From assembly GCA_018697095.1 (NCBI GenBank), contig JABHSG010000004.1, forward strand, positions 366,452-390,451: a stretch of 24,000 nt of DNA, in the 5' to 3' direction. Both the position numbers and the translations under genes were made by a program. Numbering within the stretch: the first letter of the stretch is position 1; each line of letters opens with the position of its first letter. Below the pieces are notes generated by a model, which did not search any database, was not told the DNA's origin, and saw only the letters and a program-made list of their open reading frames with translations. Source of the stretch: an archaeon. GTDB lineage: Archaea; Nanobdellota; Nanobdellia; Woesearchaeales; GW2011-AR9. This document shows positions 7,972 to 15,637 of the stretch, one piece after another.

Positions 7972-8589
7972 ATGAAAATAAGCTCAAATTTCGCATTATT
8001 TTATGGAATATTATTAGGTGATGGTTGTCTTTTCAGATATGAAAATGCAAGATATATCTGCGTTACCTGTGACTTACATTCAGATAAACCAATGTTCTCA
8101 AAGTTGCTCCCAATTATCGAAAAAATTAGAGGGAAACCAGTAAAAGTTAGAGAAAGAACAAAAGAAGGAAAAATAGAAATTCAATTTTCAGACAAAGAAC
8201 TTTTTCAAAAAATTGCTAATCATGGTTTTCCAATTGGGAAAAAAGGAACTGATTTAATTATCTCAGATCAAATGCTTCCATTTTACAAAAAAATAATCCA
8301 AGGATACTTTGCAACAGATGGTTGCCTTGTAATCACAAATAACAATGGCATTTTATACCCTAGAATTGAATTTTCAAGCATATCAAAAAAATTACTTAAT
8401 CAAGTAAATTGCTTCCTCATAAAAGAAGGGATTAATAGTAAAGTCTACCTTTCAAAAACATATCAAAATTCTTGGAATGACCTGTATCGTATCCAAATTA
8501 ATGGTAAAAAACAATTAAAACTATTCAAAAAAGTAATTGGCTTCTTCAATCCAAAACATGAGTCCAGATCAAAATTATTTCTCAAATAA
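7972..8589 (+). CDS. Double-motif LAGLIDADG homing endonuclease, free-standing
   Basis: Two LAGLIDADG motifs, ALFYGILLGDGCL and IIQGYFATDGCL, about 100 aa apart in a 205-aa protein. This is the monomeric I-DmoI-like size class. Both acidic residues are present. Confidence 0.85.
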   Translation: MKISSNFALFYGILLGDGCLFRYENARYICVTCDLHSDKPMFSKLLPIIEKIRGKPVKVRERTKEGKIEIQFSDKELFQKIANHGFPIGKKGTDLIISDQMLPFYKKIIQGYFATDGCLVITNNNGILYPRIEFSSISKKLLNQVNCFLIKEGINSKVYLSKTYQNSWNDLYRIQINGKKQLKLFKKVIGFFNPKHESRSKLFLK

Positions 8590-8647
8590 TTTCAGATCAC
8601 ACATCTCTAAACCCAACATTTAAAATCCAAAAATTCTTTCCAATTGC

Positions 8648-9229
8648 ATGCCTAAAAAAATATTTCAAAAAAGTAAACAAAGAATAAGGTTAATTCCTCT
8701 CAAAAAAATATTCTCTCCATCAAATATTGCAAAACTAATTAGCCTAATTCTCGTAATTACAATCGTTTCTTTATTTATCGGAAATCAATTACTTTCAAAC
8801 CAACTTCCAACTCTAACTTCATTTGCTTCATTACATTTCACTGGATATCTATTTTTCATCATGATGCCAGTAGAAGCACTAGTCCCATACTACTATGCCC
8901 TTGGCCACTCAGGAACTACTCTTTTCATCCTTTCAGTCACAACAGCAATAGTTGCCCAATTAATTGATTACGGGATTGGTTATTTAGCACCAAAATCATT
9001 TGTAATCAATCTAATTGGAGAAAAAAGAATAAGGCGTTTAGATAAGTTCCTAGAAAACTATGCGACATTATTCATCTTTTTGTTTAGTATAACTCCTCTT
9101 TCTTCGCCAATTATCATAGCACTTGCAGGTATTGTTGGATTCTCTTTCACAAGAACTTTCACAGCCTCACTTTTAGGCCTTATAGTCAAATATGCAATTT
9201 TGCTATTAACTCTTAGAATTCTCATCTAA
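8648..9229 (+). CDS. Polytopic membrane protein, possibly YqaA/DedA (VTT-domain)-like
   Basis: 193 aa with about 5 hydrophobic helices. The segment PVEALVPYYYALG...AIVAQLIDYGIGYL resembles the DedA/YqaA core. The family assignment is tentative. Confidence 0.45.
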   Translation: MPKKIFQKSKQRIRLIPLKKIFSPSNIAKLISLILVITIVSLFIGNQLLSNQLPTLTSFASLHFTGYLFFIMMPVEALVPYYYALGHSGTTLFILSVTTAIVAQLIDYGIGYLAPKSFVINLIGEKRIRRLDKFLENYATLFIFLFSITPLSSPIIIALAGIVGFSFTRTFTASLLGLIVKYAILLLTLRILI

Positions 9230-9297
9230 AAAATACCAAAGCAAGCAATTATGTTTATATCAAACAAAGCTAGCAGCATTATTGCTCTGCAATAACA

Positions 9298-9305
9298 TTT
9301 ATAAA
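9298..9305 (+). promoter_or_regulatory. TATA box (TTTATAAA) for tRNA-Ser
   Basis: Lies 29 nt upstream of the first tRNA nucleotide (9334). Confidence 0.5.
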
Positions 9306-9333
9306 GCATCTAAAGCAAATCAGAGCTAGTCAA

Positions 9334-9417
9334 GCCAACGTGGCACAATCTGGTACTGCGCAAGACTGGAAATCTTGTTACCTTCGGGTTTTCCCGGTTC
9401 AAATCCGGGCGTTGGCG
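9334..9417 (+). tRNA. tRNA-Ser (anticodon GGA), long variable arm, no encoded CCA
   Basis: Folded by hand. Acceptor GCCAACG/CGTTGGC; anticodon stem CAAGA/TCTTG with loop CT-GGA-AA; 15-nt variable arm with ACC-TTCG-GGT hairpin; T arm CCCGG-TTCAAAT-CCGGG; discriminator G9417. Confidence 0.9.
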
Positions 9418-10294
9418 CTTTTTTTCCTACGGAGCTTAAGTTAGACTCTAATCAAATTTCTTCTTTTGTCGAGTATGTAACTAAGAAAAAGTATTCAAAT
9501 AGTCATACTAAGAAATTAGTTAGAAATGCTAAAAAATGGAGTAATTATACACACTTTTTCAGTTATGATAAATTGCGTAAATTAGACTTTATCTATTCTC
9601 TTGATGATGGAATGTATAAGACAATCAGAGCATTATGCCATTACTTCGAAGAATCTAATCATTTTGATACAGCTGTTGTTGAAGATATTGAAAAAATACG
9701 TAAAATATTGAAAGCTCCAAGAAAAAGAGCTGACATTTATGTTCCAACAGAAATTGAAGTTCAAGAAACATTAGAGATACTCAAAGATAAATATCCTAGT
9801 GTATACAACTATTATCTTTGTTTACTATATTCTGGTGCTCGTGTCAATGAAGTTGATTACTGGTGGAAAAATAAAGATAAACTTCGTATTATCCAAAAGG
9901 ATGGTTATTTCAAAGTTGAGATGAATTATCAACGAGGTTCTAGGAATTCAATCTATCTCTATTTGCCAAACAGTTGCAAAGATCTAACTCTTACTACTTA
10001 CAATTTTGTTACAAGAATAGTTCAAAGTGATCGTAGAATAATACGACCTAAATATCTATGTAAGTTCTTCTATACTAAATGCTTGAATTTAGATATTCCT
10101 TCGCTGTAGCAGATTTTTATCAAGGAAGAAGCTCAGTATCTATTGGGAATAGACATTACCTTGACAAAGAGCGTATGGCGGACGAGAAGTATCAATTACT
10201 AATCCATATTTTTTTTAAAAAAGGTAGAGATAATGTTGATAAAACAAAACCAGTAGTTGGAACAATAGAATTAATAAGTGGTTTTGGTAATTGA
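9418..10294 (+). pseudogene. Tyrosine recombinase/integrase remnant: no start codon of its own, plus a frameshift before the catalytic Tyr box
   Basis: Track ORF 9375..10109 'starts' at a TTG inside the tRNA anticodon arm. It contains Arg box I (LLYSGARVNEV) and ends KCLNLDIPSL* at 10109. Overlapping track ORF 10079..10294, in another frame, carries ADFYQGRSSVSIGNRHYL, the C-terminal box with the catalytic Tyr. No ATG, GTG or TTG lies between the tRNA end and codon DK-L(TTG)-RK. Confidence 0.65.
9419..9425 (+). terminator. Oligo-T (T7) terminator directly after tRNA-Ser
   Basis: A run of 7 T begins 2 nt after the discriminator base. Oligo-T is the standard archaeal termination signal. Confidence 0.5.
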
Positions 10295-10440
10295 GCAACT
10301 GAAAAAAATGATACTATTGTGATATATGTTAATAGTGCAATAATTAGTTTTCTTGACAAACTTGTTTCCCAAGCTTTGTCTAACTCAACTTTCCCATTTC
10401 TTAACTCAATTAAATCAAGTCTTTTTTCAATGCTAACCAT
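10192..10440 (-). CDS. Possible small single-pass membrane protein (orphan)
   Basis: Track ORF (GTG at 10446, ATG at 10440) with TM segment LIIALLTYITIVSFFSVA. Lies 30 nt downstream of the 226-aa ORF on the same strand. It overlaps the integrase remnant tail by about 100 nt and has no SD, so it is uncertain. Confidence 0.3.
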   Translation of the reverse strand: MVSIEKRLDLIELRNGKVELDKAWETSLSRKLIIALLTYITIVSFFSVAQLPKPLINSIVPTTGFVLSTLSLPFLKKIWISN

Positions 10441-10472
10441 AGTCACAAATAACTTTCTAAATTCAAATTATA

Positions 10473-11153
10473 TCAAGCTCGAAGCTGAGAAAGTGGCGTA
10501 GTAGTTGACAGATATTCAAGATCCCTTTCAGAAAGATTACCAAATTTAATAAGGTGATCAAGATTAGGCCCATTAATGTCCTTTCCATAAGTTTTTAACC
10601 TTTGATATGGAAGAACAATTACTCTTTGTTCATGCAAGGCTATTGCTTCTCCACTAAATGGAATAACATGTATTTGGGAATTGAGAGGCTCTCTTCTAGA
10701 TCCTTCCAAGAAGTATCTAAACTCATGCAAAGCTGACTCATATTCCCTAGAATCTGGTTGCCGTTCTAGAGCACTGTTTATCTCATAGTCTTCTAATTTT
10801 GGTCTAATTACTTTCTCACACCAAGAGTCATGAACATCCAGTCGGAATTTTCTCTCTGCTTTCCAAAATTCCATTTCAGAAGAATAATCTTCTACCCTTG
10901 GTTTAGTATTAATTCCACGTAATGCACTTTTAACAGCAGAGCTATATTTCACCTTTGATATTGCTACAACTCCGGTGACCATAACTTGCCCATTGTGGAC
11001 ATCATCAATACGAAGCTTTCCTATCCCAGACATGTGAGAAGGACTCATGTATTCTCCATCAAAAACATCTCTTTGATTACTTCTTATCCCATAAGGCTCT
11101 GTTTTGATTGAAAAATTTGAGTCTTTAAGTGTTACTTCAATTGTTTTTTTCAT
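10473..11153 (-). CDS. Hypothetical protein, 226 aa, no motif I recognise
   Basis: Track ORF. Strong SD-like GGGGGAGATGAT ends 3 nt upstream of ATG 11153. Non-repetitive, balanced composition typical of a globular protein. Confidence 0.55.
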   Translation of the reverse strand: MKKTIEVTLKDSNFSIKTEPYGIRSNQRDVFDGEYMSPSHMSGIGKLRIDDVHNGQVMVTGVVAISKVKYSSAVKSALRGINTKPRVEDYSSEMEFWKAERKFRLDVHDSWCEKVIRPKLEDYEINSALERQPDSREYESALHEFRYFLEGSRREPLNSQIHVIPFSGEAIALHEQRVIVLPYQRLKTYGKDINGPNLDHLIKFGNLSERDLEYLSTTTPLSQLRA

Positions 11154-11266
11154 TTTATCATCTCCCCCTTTTTTAAACTGAAAAGAAAATTAATTTGTTA
11201 TGGTTGAGTAGCGACACAGAGATTATATTAAAAGAAGGGTCCCTTAACAGGGCGACTTCAACAGGA

Positions 11267-11274
11267 TTTATATA
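11267..11274 (+). promoter_or_regulatory. TATA box (TTTATATA) for the TrmB-family gene
   Basis: Lies 23 nt before ATG 11297. An inverted repeat CCCT-TAAC-AGGG (11241-11252) sits just upstream. Confidence 0.45.
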
Positions 11275-11296
11275 GGAAAACTATTATTTAGTTAGA

Positions 11297-12055
11297 ATGG
11301 ACTTTTCAAATTTACAAAAAATTGGTTTAACTAATGGAGAAATTAAAGTCTACCAGGCGCTTTTAGATTTAGGAGAATGCACTAAAACAACTCTTGTAAA
11401 AAAAGCTAAAATTGCTCCAAGCAATGTTTATGATATTACAAACAGGTTGATTGAGAAAGGAATTATATCTAAAGTTATAAAAAATGGAATTGCCCATTTT
11501 AGCCCTGCCAATCCAAAACACATATTAAATTTTTTAGATTTGAAGAAAAAAGAACTTGAAAAAGAAAGAGACATTGTAACTGAAATTCTCCCAACATTAC
11601 TTGCAAGATATAAAGATTCAAAAGAAAAGGTAAATATTGAAGTTTTTCAAGGATGGAATGGCCTGAAAACAATATTTGAAGACCTTATAGATGACTGTAA
11701 GAAAGAAGATCAAAATTATGTTTTTGGAGCAAGCAAAGGTGAGAGTGATAAACAAACAGATAGATTTTTTTTGAAATATTCTAAACTAAGAGAAAAAAAA
11801 GGAATAATTACCAATATTATCTTTAACAAAGAGCTTAAACAAAGAAAGCAAAGAATTGATTTTTTTCTAAAGTCCAAAAGATATAATGTTCGTTTTTTAG
11901 ATCATGTAACTCCATCTGAGATTATGCTATGTAAAAACAAAACCTGTATTATTATTTTATCAAAAGAACCACTTGTTATAAGAATCACAAGTAAAGAAGT
12001 AATGAACAGCTTTAAACAGTATTTTGATATTATGTGGAAACAAGCAAAGAAATAG
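11297..12055 (+). CDS. TrmB-family transcriptional regulator (N-terminal winged HTH plus C-terminal effector-like domain)
   Basis: LQKIGLTNGEIKVYQALLDLGECTKTTLVKKAKIAPSNVYDITNRLIEKGIISKV matches the TrmB N-terminal HTH pattern. A coiled segment and a roughly 130-aa C-terminal domain follow. Confidence 0.75.
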   Translation: MDFSNLQKIGLTNGEIKVYQALLDLGECTKTTLVKKAKIAPSNVYDITNRLIEKGIISKVIKNGIAHFSPANPKHILNFLDLKKKELEKERDIVTEILPTLLARYKDSKEKVNIEVFQGWNGLKTIFEDLIDDCKKEDQNYVFGASKGESDKQTDRFFLKYSKLREKKGIITNIIFNKELKQRKQRIDFFLKSKRYNVRFLDHVTPSEIMLCKNKTCIIILSKEPLVIRITSKEVMNSFKQYFDIMWKQAKK

Positions 12056-12216
12056 TTTCAAAAATTATAACTAGTAATAATGTAATAACTAAGTCATACA
12101 GTTACTCTTTCAACCTTTTCTATAACCAATACAATCTGAAAGCAGAAGTTACGATAGATACAACAAAAGTAATCAACAACAACATTATTAAAAAAATAAA
12201 AAATAAATAAAAAAAA

Positions 12217-15201
12217 TTATTTAGTAAACTTCTTTTTCAAAAGTAAACCAAGTCCAGTTAACAAAGCCAATGAAACCAGTACAGCAAGTGGTTTCAAAAG
12301 ATCTTTAATAGATCCACCAAAAAATCCAGTTACTGCTCCAGTAATTCCGGATGCAAACCCAGTGTCTTCTGATTCAATCACTTCAACTACTGGTTCTTCA
12401 ACTGTTTCTTCAACTTCGATTGTAGAAACTTCTTCCTCACAACTTCGTGATTCAGCAGGCATTGGACTTTCTTCAAGAACATCTGCTTGACCACGTGCAA
12501 TTTTTGTAGAACATCCATTTGCATCATAACATGACCTTGACTGTTCACTAGCACTACAAATTGACCATGCAAGGCAGATCCAACTTTCTTTACAGACTTC
12601 ATCTTCTTCAGAATCATCACTTGTTGAGCTACAACCAGGGTCATCTTCGTCAAATAGTCCATCGCCATCATTATCTCTGTTATCATTACACTCAGTTCTA
12701 CTTGAAGATGATCCTCCTCCTCCACCGCCACCAGACGAACCAGAAGCTGAAACTGCTGCGCTAACAGTAAAATCAACTTCACTTAAGTCAGCCACATTTC
12801 CTTGCGAATCTGTTGCTGTACAAATGGCAGTAATAGTGCCAGCAGCACTTGTATCGTCACCAGTAACCACAGCAGTCACAGTACTTCCATAACTTACTGA
12901 ACTTGAATCATCTGTTGCATCACAAGTACAATCTGAACTTGCACCAACAGTCAAGTCAGAACAAGTAAATGAACTAATAGTTGGTGCAGTCGCATCAATG
13001 TAAACAGTAAATTCATCACTTAATGAATCATCTCCTGCACCACTGTTTCCAGCATCATCAATTGTATACACAATGAAAGTTTCTTCTTCATTACTAAAGC
13101 TTGAAAAATCAACACTAACAGTTACTGAACTAGCTGCAGCTTCAGTAGTTGTAGTTTCACCAACAATGTTACCATCGCCATCCATTACATAAACTGAATA
13201 AAATCCAGCTTCGCTATCTACTTCAACAGTAATATCTTCTGAACCAGCTGCAACAATAGTTGGAGCATCAGTTACAGTTGCAGTTGAAGGAGCAGTATCA
13301 ATATAAAATGTTGATTCCGCATATCCTTCATTACCAGAGTCATCAAAAGCTCCAGCAGTAATGAAAATATATTGATCAGCGTAACCTGTTGCATCAAATG
13401 TGTATGAATAAGTTCCATCAGCACTTTCATTTGGGAAATCTGACAATACACTTTCAAGTTCTGGTCTAACATAAAATTCAAGAGAACTCAAACTAGTTCC
13501 AATAAAATCAGTAATTCCATAAGTAATTTCAATTGTAGAAGTTCCATCTACATAAGCTTCTCCAAATGATTCAAATTCAACTGGGCTGCTAATTACAATT
13601 ACTGGGTCAGAATCAATAAATTCCACAGTTTGCGTTTCTGAAGTACCAGTTAAGCTAACATCATCAGTACAAGTAATGTAAAAGTTATGATCTCCAGCTA
13701 CTGGATCCATTCCAATAACAGTGTCCCATTCATCCTCAGAAACAGTTAAAGTAGTTTCTGTATCAATTGTTACAGATTCTGCAGTAAAGCTAAACACTCC
13801 ACCTACTCCATAAACCATGGTTGTATCATCTAAGTTTAGGTTACAAGTTAATTCAGTATCTACTGTATCAGTTGCTTCAAAGCTAAATGAAATATCATCG
13901 TAGCTTGAAACTGATGCAGGTGCAGTCACAGTTGTGAACTCTGGTGCTGCATTATCAAAAGCAATGTTAATTGTTTCTGTTGCAGAGTTACCAGCTTCAT
14001 CAGTTGCATCAATTGTGATAACATACCAACCATCATCGGAACTTCCATCAAAACTAATAGTTTCTCCAAAAAGGTCACCTGATGGATTTGAAGCAGGAGC
14101 AATCTGAGTAGTTCCATCTGGATCAGTTCTAGTGAGCGTTACAGTCAAACCTGCAGCAGCTGAAAAATCATCTACAATTGTAGAACTTATAATTACAACA
14201 CTACTACTTGAAAGATCAAATACTTCACTTTCACTTGGAGAACTAACAGTAATAACTGGTACTGTTGCATCCACTACGCTAAAAGTTTGTGTTGTTGAAA
14301 CACCTTCATTTCCTGCATCATCAGTACAAACAACTAAATATTGAAATTCTCCTTCAATAATTAATCCAGTAATTTCAGTTGTAACTAATTCACCATTGGT
14401 GTATGAATCACTTTCTTCTAATTCAAGATCATCACCTACTTCACCTACAAATAATCCGCAAGTTAATTCATCTGCCAAGTTATCTTCAGGGATAAATTCA
14501 ACTAAAAAAGTATTATCGTTTGTTGTTCCTTCATCTGCATTTTCAAGAGATACTACTGGCACTTCAGTATCAACTGAAAAACTAAGAACATTTTCTAGAT
14601 TTTGATTTAGTGCTTCATCTACACATTCAAAGTAAACTTCATGATCTCCATCAGCAATTGATGTTGCAAAAGTTTCAAATTCAGAACCAGTCCCATAACT
14701 TTGGTCAGCTAATAAAAGTTCAGAATTTAAATAAATGTCACAAACAAAACTTGTTGATTGATCATCAGTTATTTCAAAATAGATAGTAGGAGTATCACTT
14801 GAAGAAACTGTATCTTGAGCAGAAGTCCAACTAAATACTGGTGTCACAAAATCAGACATAATATCTACAGTCCCAGTTTCTAAATCAGTTCCTTCAGTAA
14901 AGCTATATCCAAGAGTGAGTAAATCAGATGAGCTAAACGAAGATGACAAAGTTGAAAGAGTAACTGACAATTCATCTCCAGTACTTAAATCTTCAAAATA
15001 TACTATATCTACTTCATCAGTAACTCCTATAGTCAAATTTTCAAGATCAGTTCCTGTTACTGTTACGATAGTGTTATCTGATAAAAATCCGTCACCATCT
15101 AATACGCTATAAGTATTCACATCGACATCGTATGCAAAAGCAGCAGGTAGCAGTAATAATACTGCTAAAATTATTGTTATAAATTTCATATATTTAGTCA
15201 T
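12217..15201 (-). CDS. Large anchored surface protein/adhesin: signal peptide, ~7 Ig-like repeat modules, Gly/Ser linker, Cys-rich Asp-rich module, C-terminal TM anchor
   Basis: 994 aa. N-terminal MTKYMKFITIILAVLLLLPAAFA. Recurrent module ends of the type D[DE][AS]GN...F.[VI]D...P: FSVDTEVPV, FSVVDATVPV, IAFDNAAPE, VEFIDSDPV, FYIDTAPS, FTVYIDATAPT. Then SGSSGGGGGGGSSSS, CNDNRDNDGDGLFDEDDPGC, WICLAWSICSASEQSRSCYDANGC. C-terminal LAVLVSLALLTGLGLLLKKK. SD GGGTGA upstream of ATG 15201. Confidence 0.8.
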   Translation of the reverse strand: MTKYMKFITIILAVLLLLPAAFAYDVDVNTYSVLDGDGFLSDNTIVTVTGTDLENLTIGVTDEVDIVYFEDLSTGDELSVTLSTLSSSFSSSDLLTLGYSFTEGTDLETGTVDIMSDFVTPVFSWTSAQDTVSSSDTPTIYFEITDDQSTSFVCDIYLNSELLLADQSYGTGSEFETFATSIADGDHEVYFECVDEALNQNLENVLSFSVDTEVPVVSLENADEGTTNDNTFLVEFIPEDNLADELTCGLFVGEVGDDLELEESDSYTNGELVTTEITGLIIEGEFQYLVVCTDDAGNEGVSTTQTFSVVDATVPVITVSSPSESEVFDLSSSSVVIISSTIVDDFSAAAGLTVTLTRTDPDGTTQIAPASNPSGDLFGETISFDGSSDDGWYVITIDATDEAGNSATETINIAFDNAAPEFTTVTAPASVSSYDDISFSFEATDTVDTELTCNLNLDDTTMVYGVGGVFSFTAESVTIDTETTLTVSEDEWDTVIGMDPVAGDHNFYITCTDDVSLTGTSETQTVEFIDSDPVIVISSPVEFESFGEAYVDGTSTIEITYGITDFIGTSLSSLEFYVRPELESVLSDFPNESADGTYSYTFDATGYADQYIFITAGAFDDSGNEGYAESTFYIDTAPSTATVTDAPTIVAAGSEDITVEVDSEAGFYSVYVMDGDGNIVGETTTTEAAASSVTVSVDFSSFSNEEETFIVYTIDDAGNSGAGDDSLSDEFTVYIDATAPTISSFTCSDLTVGASSDCTCDATDDSSSVSYGSTVTAVVTGDDTSAAGTITAICTATDSQGNVADLSEVDFTVSAAVSASGSSGGGGGGGSSSSRTECNDNRDNDGDGLFDEDDPGCSSTSDDSEEDEVCKESWICLAWSICSASEQSRSCYDANGCSTKIARGQADVLEESPMPAESRSCEEEVSTIEVEETVEEPVVEVIESEDTGFASGITGAVTGFFGGSIKDLLKPLAVLVSLALLTGLGLLLKKKFTK

Positions 15202-15544
15202 ATTTTCACCCTCGATCTATAATCCTGGGTGTTTTTAGAAATCTAAAAAAGCACTTTAGGCTTTCAAAGGCACAGTAAAACAAATTTGTTTCAAGCTGTG
15301 AATTCAAGGTTGTGTTCCCCGCAACCTGGTCCCATTTTAATGGAATATTAGCTAAAAAGACACACTGTTTATAAATATTATGGCTTAATTGTCACTCTTC
15401 AGTGAATGCAATTTGGCGCGCCAACTAGAAAACAAAAAAATAATGGCTTTTTTCATAGCCAAATCAATAAAAAAGTAAGCAAAAATTTAGTTTATATTCC
15501 ATTTCTACCACTAAAGAAGTAGCTCAAACCAGAAAAGAACAAAG

Positions 15545-15577
15545 AAAAAAAAAAAAAAAGAAAAAAAAAAAAAAAAA
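15545..15577 (-). terminator. T17-C-T15 tract on the minus strand (A15-G-A17 on plus), likely terminator of the SPFH gene
   Basis: I counted A15 at 15545-15559, G at 15560 and A17 at 15561-15577. The tract begins about 60 nt downstream of the SPFH stop (15638-15640) on the transcribed strand. Confidence 0.5.
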
Positions 15578-15637
15578 TTAACAAAAATGAACAAAAAATA
15601 ATAATTAAAAAACAAAAAAGATATACTAATTTACTAG

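Noticed and set aside
9375-9417. Start codon of track ORF 9375..10109
   Set aside because: It is a TTG inside the anticodon arm of tRNA-Ser, and a T7 terminator follows the tRNA. It is not a credible initiation site. I interpret it as a truncated or partitioned integrase instead.
10319-10501. Track ORF (+), 60 aa
   Set aside because: It lies antisense to the 84-aa minus-strand ORF and to the end of the 226-aa gene, and has no start context. Neither small ORF here is strongly supported, and this one less so.
12387-15112. Eight short track ORFs nested in the adhesin gene on both strands
   Set aside because: All are alternative-frame or antisense shadows of the 994-aa ORF, with low-complexity composition and no independent signals.
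15413-15424. TTGGCGCGCCAA as the right-hand att repeat of the tRNA-Ser element (it shares TTGGCGC with the tRNA 3' end at 9412-9418)
   Set aside because: Only 7 nt are identical and the flanks do not align. That is far shorter than known archaeal att cores. I found no longer copy of the tRNA 3' half in the window, so the right boundary of the putative element is undetermined.
9418-15637. Compositional (GC) shift marking the accessory segment
   Set aside because: I spot-counted 60-nt lines. Lines inside the segment gave 32-38 percent GC and lines in core genes gave 30-40 percent, which is no clear difference by eye. A proper sliding-window or k-mer analysis is needed before claiming foreign composition.
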